Positions 48,877 through 58,710 are shown, numbered from the stretch's first letter. The stretch is 64,000 nucleotides of DNA from an uncultured Candidatus Rokubacteria bacterium (GCA_963826115.1 CAWGVS010000005.1:1088001-1152000), one strand, 5' to 3'. Notes: generated from the sequence alone by a model not told the origin. Translations and numbers: made by a program.

Positions 48877-50007
48877 TCAGCTGATCAGCGGCAGCTTGGG
48901 CGCCGCGGCCTCGGCCAGACGGTCCCTGACGCCCGCCGCGACACGCCGGAACGCGGCCGCCTGGGGCGACGACGGCCGGGCCACGACGATCGGCTCCCCG
49001 GTGTCGCCGCCGATCCGCATCTCGGGATCGATCGGGATCGAGCCGAGCACGGGCACCTCGAACTCGCGCCCGAGCTTGGCGCCGCCCCCCTCGCCGAAGA
49101 TCGGCGTGTCATGGCCGCAGTGCGGGCACGCGAACCCCGCCATGTTCTCGACGATACCCAGGACGGGCACGTTCATTTTCCGAAACATCTGAAGGCCCTT
49201 CCGGACGTCCAGCAGGGACACGTCCTGGGGCGTCGTCACCATCACCACACCCGAAAGCGGGAGCGTCTGGGAGAGCGACAGCTGCGCGTCTCCGGTCCCG
49301 GGCGGCATGTCGAAGAGGAGGTAGTCGAGCGGACCCCACTCCACGTCCTTCAGGAACTGCTGGACGGCCGAGTGGATCATCGGCCCGCGCCAGATGACGG
49401 GATCTCCCTCCTTCACGAAGAAGCCGATCGACATCACCTTCACGCCGTACGCCTGGACCGGGACGATCCGGTTCGCGACCATCGCCGGACGCCCGCGCGC
49501 CCCGATCATCAGCGGGACGTTCGGCCCGTAGACGTCGACGTCCACGATCCCGACCTCCGCCCCGTCACCGTGAAGCGCGAGGGCCAGGTTCACGGCGACC
49601 GTGGACTTCCCGACGCCGCCCTTCCCGGAGGACACCGCGATCGTGTGCTTGACCTCGGGGATCAGGTCCGCTCCGGCGGGGGCCGCCCCGTGGCCGTGAC
49701 CCTGGGCGTGTCCCGCCCCGTGGCCGCCGGCAGCACGCGACGCGATGGTTGCCTTGACGTCGGAGACGCCCGCGAGCGCCTGGACGGCCTTCCGCGCCCG
49801 GTTGTGGATCTCCGCGCGGGCGAGCGGCGGTTGCTCCCCGGTGAACTGGAGCGTGAAGGCGACCTGGCCGGCCTCGACCGTCAGCCCCTCGACCAGGCCG
49901 AGGGTCACGATGTCCTTCCCGACATTGGGATCGACTACGCCGCGGAGCGCCGTCAAGACGGCATCCTTCGTGATCCCGCTCGCCTTCCCACCACCGAAAA
50001 GACCCAT
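48877..50007 (-). CDS. mrp: Mrp/ApbC Fe-S cluster carrier ATPase
   Basis: SGKGGVGKST, WRGPM, DMPPGTGD, CPHCG. Confidence 0.95.
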   Translation of the reverse strand: MGLFGGGKASGITKDAVLTALRGVVDPNVGKDIVTLGLVEGLTVEAGQVAFTLQFTGEQPPLARAEIHNRARKAVQALAGVSDVKATIASRAAGGHGAGHAQGHGHGAAPAGADLIPEVKHTIAVSSGKGGVGKSTVAVNLALALHGDGAEVGIVDVDVYGPNVPLMIGARGRPAMVANRIVPVQAYGVKVMSIGFFVKEGDPVIWRGPMIHSAVQQFLKDVEWGPLDYLLFDMPPGTGDAQLSLSQTLPLSGVVMVTTPQDVSLLDVRKGLQMFRKMNVPVLGIVENMAGFACPHCGHDTPIFGEGGGAKLGREFEVPVLGSIPIDPEMRIGGDTGEPIVVARPSSPQAAAFRRVAAGVRDRLAEAAAPKLPLIS

Positions 50008-50204
50008 CGCGCCTCACTATACGGAAGGGGTCAGAAGGGGTCAAGCAACGCGGCCCGGGAGGAGCGCGGGAACCACGCGATTTGTCGGCGGAATCGGCCC
50101 GGGGTCGAGTCACCGGCCCGGTGCCGACGACGAGGCCCGACCTCCCCGGAACGGCGGGGCCTCGAGGGCGGCCGGGACGAGCGCGTCCTCGCTCTTCGCC
50201 GACC

Positions 50205-51947
50205 TCAGGCGGTCTTCCGGCGCGCCTTGGGCGCCGGAGTCTTCCGGGGACGGAGGTCGCCGAGCACGGCGCGCGCCGCACGCACGCCCTCGGCGGCCGC
50301 GCCCTCCATGAAGCCCTGGAACTCGCTCGACGTGTGCTCGCCCGCGAAGTGGACGTTCCGCTGGCGGACGGCCTCGTAGCCGCCGAACGCCTGGTATTGC
50401 CCGACGCGGTAGTACGAGTAGGAGCCGTTCAGGTTCGGGTCGAGGAACGGCACCGACAGGGTCGCGAGCCCGTTCCACTCCGACGTGACCCCGGGCCACA
50501 CGGTCTCGAGCGCCGCCAGAGTGGACCGCGCCACGTCCCCAACCTGCGCGTGCGCGCCGGCGTCGCCCCAGGGCAGCGGCGCCGCCACGGCCCCCGAGGC
50601 CTCATCCAGCCCGTAGCAGACCACGAGACCGCTGTCGCCCCCCTGGCCACGGGACGACTCCCACGTCACGAGAGGTCCGCGGTCCGTGGCCACCGCGCCG
50701 GTGCCGGGCCGCGCGAGCTCGGGCCGCCGCCAGGCGCGGCTCCGGAGCTGGACGTGGAGTTTCGAGTTCCGTCCCATGCCGAGCTCCTCGATGGCGCGCC
50801 GCTTGAGCGGGTCGAATCCCGCGCGCGCGTAGTCCAGGCCGCGGAGCACGGCGAAGGGAAGCGCGAGGATCACGTGGTCCACACGCGTGGTCTTCGGCCC
50901 GTCGGGCGTCTCGAAGTCGAGCGTCACGCGGCCGTCGCTCTCCCGCGCGATCGCGCGGAGCCGCCAGCCGAGGCGCACGGCGTCCCTCGGCAGCTTCGCC
51001 GCAATGGCCTGCGGCAAGCGGTCGTTCCCTCCCGCGATCCTGAACCGCTCGTCGGACATCCCGGTGAGGGCGAGGCGTCCGCCGGGCGGCTGCTCGCCGA
51101 GGAGGTACACCAGGTTCAGCGCCGACTGGTCCGCCGTCGGCGCGCCGTACTCGAGCGCGTAGGCGACGTCGAGCAGCCGGCCGAGGCGCGACGACGCGCC
51201 GCCGGGCACGCGAGCCTCGATCCACTCGCGGACGCTCATGCGGTCGAGCGCGACCCCCGCAGGCGTCTGCGTCTTGTGCGTGGTCTCCTCGCCGGCCGCG
51301 TCGAGGTCCCGGCGAAGGAGCGGGTACACCGCCTGGAACTCGCGATCGGCCTCGGCGACCGGGTAGCCCGCGCCCAGCACGTGGAAGGCGTCCTCCGCCC
51401 CGGGCGCCTCGGCGGCGTGGAGATCGACCGTGGCCAGGCCGAAGCGCCGGGCGAGGCGGAGCATCGTCTGGTGGTCGGTGTTGATGAGCTCGCCGCACCA
51501 CTCGCTCACCTGTCCGTCGCGCCAGTAGCCGGTCGCGTTGGAGTGGACCCGGCCCCCGACCTGCGCGCTGGACTCGTAGAGCGTCGCGGGAACGCCCGCG
51601 TCCTGAAGCGTGAGGGCGGCGGCGAGGCCGCCGAGCCCGGCGCCGACGATCCCCACCGCGGGCGGGGCCTTCTTCGCCGGCGCTTTCCTCGCCGGGGGCG
51701 GCGCCGACGCCGCGTCGAGACGGCGCGCCCCGAGGACCAGCGCCGCGGCGGCCGCCCCGCCGCCCAGGAGGAGCGCGCGCCGCGAGACGAGGGCCGCCCC
51801 GGACGGGGTCATGCGCCCCTGACGCGCGGCCTCGCGCCGCGGGAGCCAGTCGGCCCGCACGGCGGCCGGCGGCACGCCTCGGCGCCACGCCTCCGCCTGA
51901 ACGGCTGCCAGCACCACGACCGCCTGCCCGATCGGCGTCCGCGTCAC
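50205..51947 (-). CDS. Flavin monoamine oxidase family protein
   Basis: IVGAGLGGL, GGRV, FAGEHT..QGFMEGA; SD AAGGAG before GTG 51947. Confidence 0.9.
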   Translation of the reverse strand: MTRTPIGQAVVVLAAVQAEAWRRGVPPAAVRADWLPRREAARQGRMTPSGAALVSRRALLLGGGAAAAALVLGARRLDAASAPPPARKAPAKKAPPAVGIVGAGLGGLAAALTLQDAGVPATLYESSAQVGGRVHSNATGYWRDGQVSEWCGELINTDHQTMLRLARRFGLATVDLHAAEAPGAEDAFHVLGAGYPVAEADREFQAVYPLLRRDLDAAGEETTHKTQTPAGVALDRMSVREWIEARVPGGASSRLGRLLDVAYALEYGAPTADQSALNLVYLLGEQPPGGRLALTGMSDERFRIAGGNDRLPQAIAAKLPRDAVRLGWRLRAIARESDGRVTLDFETPDGPKTTRVDHVILALPFAVLRGLDYARAGFDPLKRRAIEELGMGRNSKLHVQLRSRAWRRPELARPGTGAVATDRGPLVTWESSRGQGGDSGLVVCYGLDEASGAVAAPLPWGDAGAHAQVGDVARSTLAALETVWPGVTSEWNGLATLSVPFLDPNLNGSYSYYRVGQYQAFGGYEAVRQRNVHFAGEHTSSEFQGFMEGAAAEGVRAARAVLGDLRPRKTPAPKARRKTA

Positions 51948-52145
51948 GGCCGGCTCCTTCCTCGCTCGTCTCGCTCGACGTCGAAGCCCGCTTCCACCGC
52001 GCTGGCCCCCTCCGGCCGGACGGGTCCAGGCCCGCCGGCCCGCCGGCATGCTAGCACATGGGATCGGCACCCGAGGGCCCGCGTGGCCGGCGGCCCCGCA
52101 CGAGTTCCATGACAGGACCGCGCCCGGATTGATATAGTGCCCGAA

Positions 52146-52694
52146 ATGCTCGAACGCTTGCCGAGATGGCTGGGCTGGGCTCGCGACACGGAGCATGCGC
52201 GCCGCGTCGGGATCCTGGGTCGCACGCCGGTCTTCGCCGGCCTCTCGCGGCACCTCCTCGCGCGGCTCGCCGTGCAGCTCTTCGAAAAGGCCTACGCCCC
52301 CGGTGAGGCCGCCTTCCTGGAGGGCGACCCGGGCAAGGGTCTCTTCGTGGTCCTGGACGGTGAGGTCGAGGTCGTCCGCGACACCGGCCAGGGTCCGCAG
52401 CGGATCGTCACCTTCGGCCCCGGGACCGCGTTCGGGGAGCTCGCGCTCATCGACGACCTCCCGCGGTCGGCCAGCGCGCTCGCGACGACGCCCACGCGAC
52501 TCCTCATCCTCTACCGGAGCCACTTCGAGGACCTCGTGGCCGGCGACCGCGCCATCGCGCTCGTCGTGTCCAAGAACCTCCTGCGCCTCCTCGCCGGGTA
52601 CGTGCGCGCCGCCAACGTGACGCGCGCCAAGGCCGAGGCGGCGGCCATCCCCGCGGCCGTCGCCGACGCGCCCGCGGCGCCGCCCACCCGGTGA
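52146..52694 (+). CDS. Stand-alone cyclic-nucleotide-binding domain protein
   Basis: EGDPG, FGELALIDDLPRSASA; no HTH. Confidence 0.88.
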   Translation: MLERLPRWLGWARDTEHARRVGILGRTPVFAGLSRHLLARLAVQLFEKAYAPGEAAFLEGDPGKGLFVVLDGEVEVVRDTGQGPQRIVTFGPGTAFGELALIDDLPRSASALATTPTRLLILYRSHFEDLVAGDRAIALVVSKNLLRLLAGYVRAANVTRAKAEAAAIPAAVADAPAAPPTR

Positions 52695-53857
52695 GCGACG
52701 GCTCCGGGTCCTCCGAGTCCGTCGCCCCGGCGCCCGCCGCGGTCGTCGCGCTGCCCGTGGCTGCCCCGGCTGCCCGAGGCGCCTCGCCGCTCACGTGGCT
52801 GGCGATCATCGGAGCCGTCGTGGGGCTCGGCTTCCTCCTCCGCGGGCTCGTCATCCCCATCGCGCTGGCCGCCCTCCTCGCCTACTTCCTGAACCCCCTC
52901 GCCGCGCGGATCCAGGGACTCGGCATCCGCCGCACCGTGGCGGTGACGGCGCTCTTCGCCGGATTCGCGCTGCTCGTCGTCTTGCTGGCCGCCGTGGTGG
53001 CCCCGCGCTTCCGCGCGGAGGGAGTGGCCCTCATCTCGAATCTCCCCTCGCTTGCCCGGACGCTCGAGGTCGGCATCGACGGGCTCCAGGTGGAGATGGC
53101 CAAGAACTACCCGCAGACGCAGCGCTTCCTGCCGAAGGAGGCGCGGCACGAGGGCTGGCTCCTCGAGCTGATCGAGGAGCGCATGGGCAACGCCTCGGAG
53201 ATGCTCGCCCACGTCGGGCTGATCGCGTTCATCGTGGGGCTCACGCCCATCTTCGCGTTCTTCTTCCTCCGAGACGGCGGCGTCATCGTCGCGTACCTGA
53301 TCGACCGCCTCCGGCCGGCGCACATCGAGACGACCGTCGCCGTCTGGTGCGAGATCGACCGGATCATCGGCAAGTACCTGCGGGGCCTGGCCCTCGACGC
53401 GCTGGTCATCGGGGCGCTGGCGACGCTGGGCCTCTGGCTGGTCGGCGCGCCGTACCCGCTGCTTCTCGGCGCCTTCACGACCCTCGTGAATCCCCTGCCC
53501 TACCTGGGCACGGTGCTCAGCGTCGGCGTCGCCGCCGTCGTGTCGATCGCCAACGGGCAGCCGGTGGGGCGGATCGGGTGGATCGTCGCCGTGTACGTGA
53601 TCATCCGCATCCTCGACGACCTCGTCGTCGCGGCGATCACCATCGGCGGCAGCGTCCACATGCACCCCATGCTGGTGCTGGTGTCGATCCTCGTCGGCGA
53701 GCAGACCCTCGGCCTCCTCGGGATGGTGGCCGCCGTGCCGCTGGTCACGGTGGTCAAGGAGACGGCGCGGCTCCTCCTCGAGCACCGCCGGAACCTCGCG
53801 CGCCCGCACGTGCCGACCGCCCGGGGCGCGGGCCGCATCCCGCAGTATGTCTGCTGA
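52691..53857 (+). CDS. AI-2E family transporter
   Basis: LAYFLNP, YLRG, PYLG, MHP, AVP pattern. Confidence 0.9.
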   Translation: MSDGSGSSESVAPAPAAVVALPVAAPAARGASPLTWLAIIGAVVGLGFLLRGLVIPIALAALLAYFLNPLAARIQGLGIRRTVAVTALFAGFALLVVLLAAVVAPRFRAEGVALISNLPSLARTLEVGIDGLQVEMAKNYPQTQRFLPKEARHEGWLLELIEERMGNASEMLAHVGLIAFIVGLTPIFAFFFLRDGGVIVAYLIDRLRPAHIETTVAVWCEIDRIIGKYLRGLALDALVIGALATLGLWLVGAPYPLLLGAFTTLVNPLPYLGTVLSVGVAAVVSIANGQPVGRIGWIVAVYVIIRILDDLVVAAITIGGSVHMHPMLVLVSILVGEQTLGLLGMVAAVPLVTVVKETARLLLEHRRNLARPHVPTARGAGRIPQYVC

Positions 53858-55034
53858 CCCCGCGCTCCCCACGCGCCTCCTCATGGGATCGGGGCCCACC
53901 AACCCCGACGCCCGGGTCTTGCGGGCGATGGCGACGGGACTCGTCGGCCAGTTCGACCCCTCGTTCACCGCACTCATGACGGACACGCAGGACCTCCTCC
54001 GCCGCGCACTCCGGACGCGGAACCGCGCGACCTTCCCGGTCCCCGGCACCAGCCGCGCCGGGATGGAGGCGGCCGTCGTGAGCGTCGTCGAGCCGGGCGA
54101 GCGTGTCGCCGTCGTGGAGAACGGGCGCTTCGGGCTGCTCTTCGAGCACATCGCTCGCTGCGCCGGCGCCGAGGTCGTCGCGATCCGGGCGCCGTGGGGC
54201 CGCCCCGCGGACCCGGACGACGTGGCGCGGGCCCTCGACGCCTCGGGGGCCGCGATTCTCCTGCTGGTGCACGCCGAGACCTCGACCGGCGTGATGAACC
54301 CCGTGCGGGAGATCGCCGCCGCCGGTCGCCGTCGCGGCGCGACCGTGATCGTGGACGCCGTATGCTCGTTCGCGGGGGCGCCGCTCGAGACGGACGCCTG
54401 GGAGCTCGACGTCGTGGTCGCCGGCACCCAGAAGTGCCTCGGCTGCCCATCCGGGCTGGCCCCCGTCACCTACTCGGACGCAATCGCGGCGCGGATGGCC
54501 CGCCGGCGGAGCCCGATCCGCTCGAACTACCTCGACCTCACGCAGCTCGACCGCTACTGGAGCCCGGAGCGCCTGAACCACCACACGGCGCCGACCACGA
54601 TGGTCTACGGTCTCCACGAGGCCCTGCGACTCGTGGACGAGGAGGGCGTCGACGCGCGGATCCAGCGCCACCGGGCCGCCGGCGAGGCCATGGCGGCCGG
54701 CGTCCAGGCGCTCGGCCTCCGGCTCTACGGCGAGGCGGTGGGACCGACCAAGATGCCGATGCTCGCGCCCGTGGTGATCCCGGACGGCGTCGACGACGCC
54801 GCGTTCCGCGCGGAGCTCCTGGAGGCGCACGGCGTCGAGATCATGGGCGCGTTCGGCGCCCTTGCCGGCCGGATCTGGCGGATCGGGACGATGGCCGGCA
54901 ACGCCCGCCCCGCCCCCGTGGTGCGGACCCTCCGCGCCCTGTCGGACGCGCTCGGCGGCCGGGCCCGGGAAGCGCTACCCGCCGCTCTCGCCGCCGTCGA
55001 GCGCCGCTTCGAAGCGCTCGCGCACGCCGCCTGA
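53847..55034 (+). CDS. Class V aminotransferase (PucG/AGT-like)
   Basis: LMGSGP, VHAETSTG, GTQKCL, SNYLDL, LNHHTAPT. Confidence 0.92.
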   Translation: MSADPALPTRLLMGSGPTNPDARVLRAMATGLVGQFDPSFTALMTDTQDLLRRALRTRNRATFPVPGTSRAGMEAAVVSVVEPGERVAVVENGRFGLLFEHIARCAGAEVVAIRAPWGRPADPDDVARALDASGAAILLLVHAETSTGVMNPVREIAAAGRRRGATVIVDAVCSFAGAPLETDAWELDVVVAGTQKCLGCPSGLAPVTYSDAIAARMARRRSPIRSNYLDLTQLDRYWSPERLNHHTAPTTMVYGLHEALRLVDEEGVDARIQRHRAAGEAMAAGVQALGLRLYGEAVGPTKMPMLAPVVIPDGVDDAAFRAELLEAHGVEIMGAFGALAGRIWRIGTMAGNARPAPVVRTLRALSDALGGRAREALPAALAAVERRFEALAHAA

Positions 55035-55045
55035 GGCGGCCCGGC

Positions 55046-55948
55046 TCAGGACTCGCCCCGCAGCGTCGGGTCGAGGACGTCGCGCAGCCAGTCGCCAGTC
55101 CGACTGACCACGAGCGACGTCAGCATCAAGAGGGCCCCGGGACACACAGAGATCCACCAGGCCGAGTCCAGGTACTCGCGGCCCTCCTGGATCATCCCGC
55201 CCCAGGACGGCGTCGGCGGCTGGATCCCCAGCCCCAGGAACGAGAGCGTCGCCTCCAGCACGATCGCGCGCGCCAGCTCGAGCGTCGCGATGACCATGAA
55301 CGTCGACGCGACGTTCGGCAGGACGTGCCGGATCAGGACCCGCGGCACCGACCCGCCGAGGGCCAGGATCGCGCTCACGAAGTCGCGCTGGCGGAGCGAC
55401 AACACCTGGGATCGCAGGACGCGGGCGTAGGTGACCCAGCCCGACAGCCCGACCACGATGACCAGGTTCGGGAACGACGGACCCAGCACCGCGATGATCC
55501 CGATCGCGAGCAGGATGAACGGGAACGCGAGCTGGGCGTCCGCGACGGTCATCACGACCTCGTCCATCCACCCCCCGCGGAAGCCCGCGACGAGGCCGAG
55601 CAGGCCCCCGACGAGGCCGCCGACCGCGACCGCCGCGAAGCCGATGGTCAAGGACACGCGCGTCCCGAACACCATGCGGGACAGCACGTCCCGGCCCAGC
55701 TGATCGGTGCCGAGGAGGTGCGCCCGACCGTCGGACGCCTCGAGCGTCGGCGCCTTGAGCCGCGCGCGGAGCGACCCGCGCTCGGGGTTGTGCGGGACGA
55801 TCAGCGGCGCCGCCACGGCGATCCCGATCAGGATCGCGACGAACAGCCCCCGCCGCGTAGAGCGGTCCGTGGCCGCGCCGCCTCGCGGCCGGCGGCGCCG
55901 GCAGCTCCACCCCAGTCCGCCCGCCGACACGGCCTCCACGGCCTTCAT
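55046..55948 (-). CDS. Peptide/nickel ABC permease (DppC-like; compensating indels in the N-terminus)
   Basis: LGTDQLGRDVLSR, HVLPN, LSFLGLG..PSWG. Confidence 0.9.
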   Translation of the reverse strand: MKAVEAVSAGGLGWSCRRRRPRGGAATDRSTRRGLFVAILIGIAVAAPLIVPHNPERGSLRARLKAPTLEASDGRAHLLGTDQLGRDVLSRMVFGTRVSLTIGFAAVAVGGLVGGLLGLVAGFRGGWMDEVVMTVADAQLAFPFILLAIGIIAVLGPSFPNLVIVVGLSGWVTYARVLRSQVLSLRQRDFVSAILALGGSVPRVLIRHVLPNVASTFMVIATLELARAIVLEATLSFLGLGIQPPTPSWGGMIQEGREYLDSAWWISVCPGALLMLTSLVVSRTGDWLRDVLDPTLRGES

Positions 55949-56871
55949 GCTCGGGCCCTGGGGTCCAGCACGCCGTAGAAGACGTCCAGGAGGAGGTTGA
56001 TCGCGATGAACATGACCGCCGCGATGAAGACGGTGGACTGCACCACCGGGTAGTCCCGGTTGTAGATCGACTGGATCGCGAGGCGTCCGATCCCGGGCCA
56101 GGCGAAGACCGTCTCCGTGACCACCGCGCCGCCGAGGAGGGTGCCGAACTGGAGCCCGGTGATGGTGAGGATGGGGAGCGCCGCGTTCCTGAGCGTGTGC
56201 TTCCCCACGATCCAGAACTCCGCCACCCCCTTGGCACGGGCCGTGCGCACGAAGTCGGCGCGGAGGACCTCGAGGACCGCCGAGCGGGTGATCCGCGCGA
56301 TCGAGGCCATCGTGAACGCGCCCAGCGTGAGCGCCGGCAGCACGAGGTTCCGCCAGTCGCCGCGCCCGGACGTCGGGAACAGGTCGAGCCGGAGCGACAG
56401 GACCAGGATGAACAGGATGCCGATGAAGAAGGTGGGCGCCGACTGCCCGATCAGCGCGAGGCCCATCGCCACGTGGTCGAGAGGCGAGTTCCGCCGGACC
56501 GCCGACAGCACGCCGATCGGGAACGCGACGACCAGCGCGACCAGCGAAGGCCGCCAGCCCCGAGCTCGAGCGTCGCGCCGCACGTAGGAGCGCGCCACCT
56601 CCATCGCCGGCTGCCGGAAGTGGATCGAGCGCCCGAAGTCTCCGCGCGCGACGTTGGCGAGGAACACGCCGTACTGAACCGGGATCGAGCGGTCCAGACC
56701 CAGGTCGTGGCGCACGCGCTCCATCTCGGAGGGAGGCGCGTCGGGCGGCAGGAGCAGCGGGACGGGGTCGCCGGACAGGCGCATCACGACGAACACGACC
56801 GTCGAGACGAGCCAGAGCGCAACCAGGGTCCGGAACAGCCGGTAGAGGAGAAAGCCGCCGAGGCCGCGCAT
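55945..56871 (-). CDS. Peptide/nickel ABC permease (DppB-like; local compensating indels ~56550-56580)
   Basis: GDFGRS, FVRTARAKG, TETVFAWPGIG, RDYPVVQ. Confidence 0.9.
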   Translation of the reverse strand: MRGLGGFLLYRLFRTLVALWLVSTVVFVVMRLSGDPVPLLLPPDAPPSEMERVRHDLGLDRSIPVQYGVFLANVARGDFGRSIHFRQPAMEVARSYVRRDARARGWRPSLVALVVAFPIGVLSAVRRNSPLDHVAMGLALIGQSAPTFFIGILFILVLSLRLDLFPTSGRGDWRNLVLPALTLGAFTMASIARITRSAVLEVLRADFVRTARAKGVAEFWIVGKHTLRNAALPILTITGLQFGTLLGGAVVTETVFAWPGIGRLAIQSIYNRDYPVVQSTVFIAAVMFIAINLLLDVFYGVLDPRARA

Positions 56872-56927
56872 GGCGCGAGCGGCCGGTCCCGGAGCCGCGG
56901 CCCCGGGACCGGCGAGCTATCGCGGCG

Positions 56928-58562
56928 TCAGGCGCGCCGCATCTTCAGGTTGAACTTCCGCACCTCGAACTGCTGGTTCGGGTTCGGCGTGAAGTCCACG
57001 TACTTCTGGAGCCCGTAGTCCTCGTAGGGCTGCATGATGATGAGCCAGCCGAACGCCTTGTCGAGCATGATCCGCGTCATCTTGCGGTACGCCTCGGCCC
57101 GGAACTTCTCGTCGAGCGAGAAGCGCGCGGCGTTCCCCAGCTCGTCCCACTCCGGATCCCGGTAGTAGTCCTGTGGGCCGTTCGGGGCGAGCAGGCGCCA
57201 CATCATCCCGTCCGGGTCGCGGAGCGTGGAGGTGGGATCGGACCACCAGAGGCCCTTGAAGCTCTTGTTCCGGTTCTTCTCGGAGCGCACCGAGTACTCC
57301 ACGACCTCCACCGCCGCACCGGTCAGGCCGACGTCCTTCCACATGCTCACGATCGCCTCGGACATCGCCTTGTCCTGGGCCAGGTAGCCGACGGACGTCT
57401 CGATGATGATCGGCTCGCCCTTGTACCCCGACTTCTTCACGAGCTCGCGCGCCTCGTTCGGGTCGTACTTGAGGGGCGGGAGCGAGGAGTCGTAGAAACG
57501 GTCGCCCTGCGCGATCGGCCCGTTGGGCACGATCGCCCGGCCGCCGTACATCTCCTTGACGATCGCCTGGCGGTCGACGGCCAGCGCCATCGCCTTGCGC
57601 ACGAGCTCGTTGTTCAGCGGAGGGTTCTTCGCGTTGATCCCGAGGACGTAGAGCCCGGCGTAGAGGGCGCCGACGCCGCGCGTCGTCGCGTTCTGGTTCA
57701 CGCGGTCCCAGTGGTCCGACGACAGCTGCGTGATGACGTCCACCTCGCCCTTGAGGAGCGCCGCCACCCGCGGCGCCGTCTCGGGAATCGGGCGCCACAC
57801 GATCCGGTCGACCTCGATCTTCCCGCCCCAGTAGTCGGCGTTGGCCTCGAAGATGGCCTTGTCGTCCTTCACCCACGAGGCGACCTTGATCGGCCCAGTT
57901 CCCACGGGCTTCGTGTTGAAGGTGTCGGGGCCCACGTCCTCCACGTACTTCTTCGGGACGATCTGCCCGCCGTAGAAGGCGAGCCGGTCGGGGAGCAGCG
58001 GGTCCGACTTCTTGGTGTGGACGACCAGCGTCATGGGATCCGGCGCCTCGATGCGGTCGATGGTCGTGAACACGGTCGCGACCATGGTCTTCGCCGCCGG
58101 GTCGTAGGTCCGCTCGAGGCTGAACTTCGCGTCGGCGGACGTGAACGCGTCGCCGTTGTGCCACTTCACGCCCGGACGGAGCTTGAACGTCCAGGTCGTC
58201 GGCCCCGTCGCCTTCCACTCGGTGGCCAGGCTCGGATAGAGCTTCTGGTCGGGGTGGCGGCTCGTCAGGTTGTCGAAGACGTTGAACGACACCCGGATGT
58301 CGTTGGACGACGTCGAGAAGTGGGGGTCGAACTTCGAGATGTCGCCGCCCTGCGCGACGACCAGCTCGCGCTTCTGGGTCGTCTGCGCCCCGGCGCGCAC
58401 CGGCGCCGCGGCGTCGGCCAGCGCGCCCGCGCCCGCGGCGGTCAGGCCGAGGATACCGGCCCGGCGCAGGAAGTCGCGCCGCGAGACGGCGCCCCTCTCG
58501 AGCGCGTTGACGAGCGCCTCGACCGTCGGGGTCTCCGCGTTTCGCTCCACGTGGTCCATCAT
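56928..58562 (-). CDS. Family 5 ABC substrate-binding protein with Tat signal
   Basis: SRRDFL, FKLRPGVKWHNG, PVGTGP; SD AGGAGG. Confidence 0.92.
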   Translation of the reverse strand: MMDHVERNAETPTVEALVNALERGAVSRRDFLRRAGILGLTAAGAGALADAAAPVRAGAQTTQKRELVVAQGGDISKFDPHFSTSSNDIRVSFNVFDNLTSRHPDQKLYPSLATEWKATGPTTWTFKLRPGVKWHNGDAFTSADAKFSLERTYDPAAKTMVATVFTTIDRIEAPDPMTLVVHTKKSDPLLPDRLAFYGGQIVPKKYVEDVGPDTFNTKPVGTGPIKVASWVKDDKAIFEANADYWGGKIEVDRIVWRPIPETAPRVAALLKGEVDVITQLSSDHWDRVNQNATTRGVGALYAGLYVLGINAKNPPLNNELVRKAMALAVDRQAIVKEMYGGRAIVPNGPIAQGDRFYDSSLPPLKYDPNEARELVKKSGYKGEPIIIETSVGYLAQDKAMSEAIVSMWKDVGLTGAAVEVVEYSVRSEKNRNKSFKGLWWSDPTSTLRDPDGMMWRLLAPNGPQDYYRDPEWDELGNAARFSLDEKFRAEAYRKMTRIMLDKAFGWLIIMQPYEDYGLQKYVDFTPNPNQQFEVRKFNLKMRRA

Positions 58563-58645
58563 CAGCCTCCTGGCCGGCGTGCGCGGCCATCGCGTGGGGT
58601 CGACATGCCAATTGCGTCCGGGTCGCGTCGTTGCGGGGTAGGCCA

Positions 58646-58697
58646 AAGGTAGAGAATGGTCCAACCCTTGTCAAGCCGCGGAGCCGCGTGGTACGGT
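58646..58697. promoter_or_regulatory. Divergent sigma70-type promoters sharing the -35 dyad TTGTCAA
   Basis: Minus: TTGACA-N17-TACCTT. Plus: TTGTCA-N18-TACGGT. Confidence 0.55.
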
Positions 58698-58710
58698 CAA
58701 CGCGGTTCCG

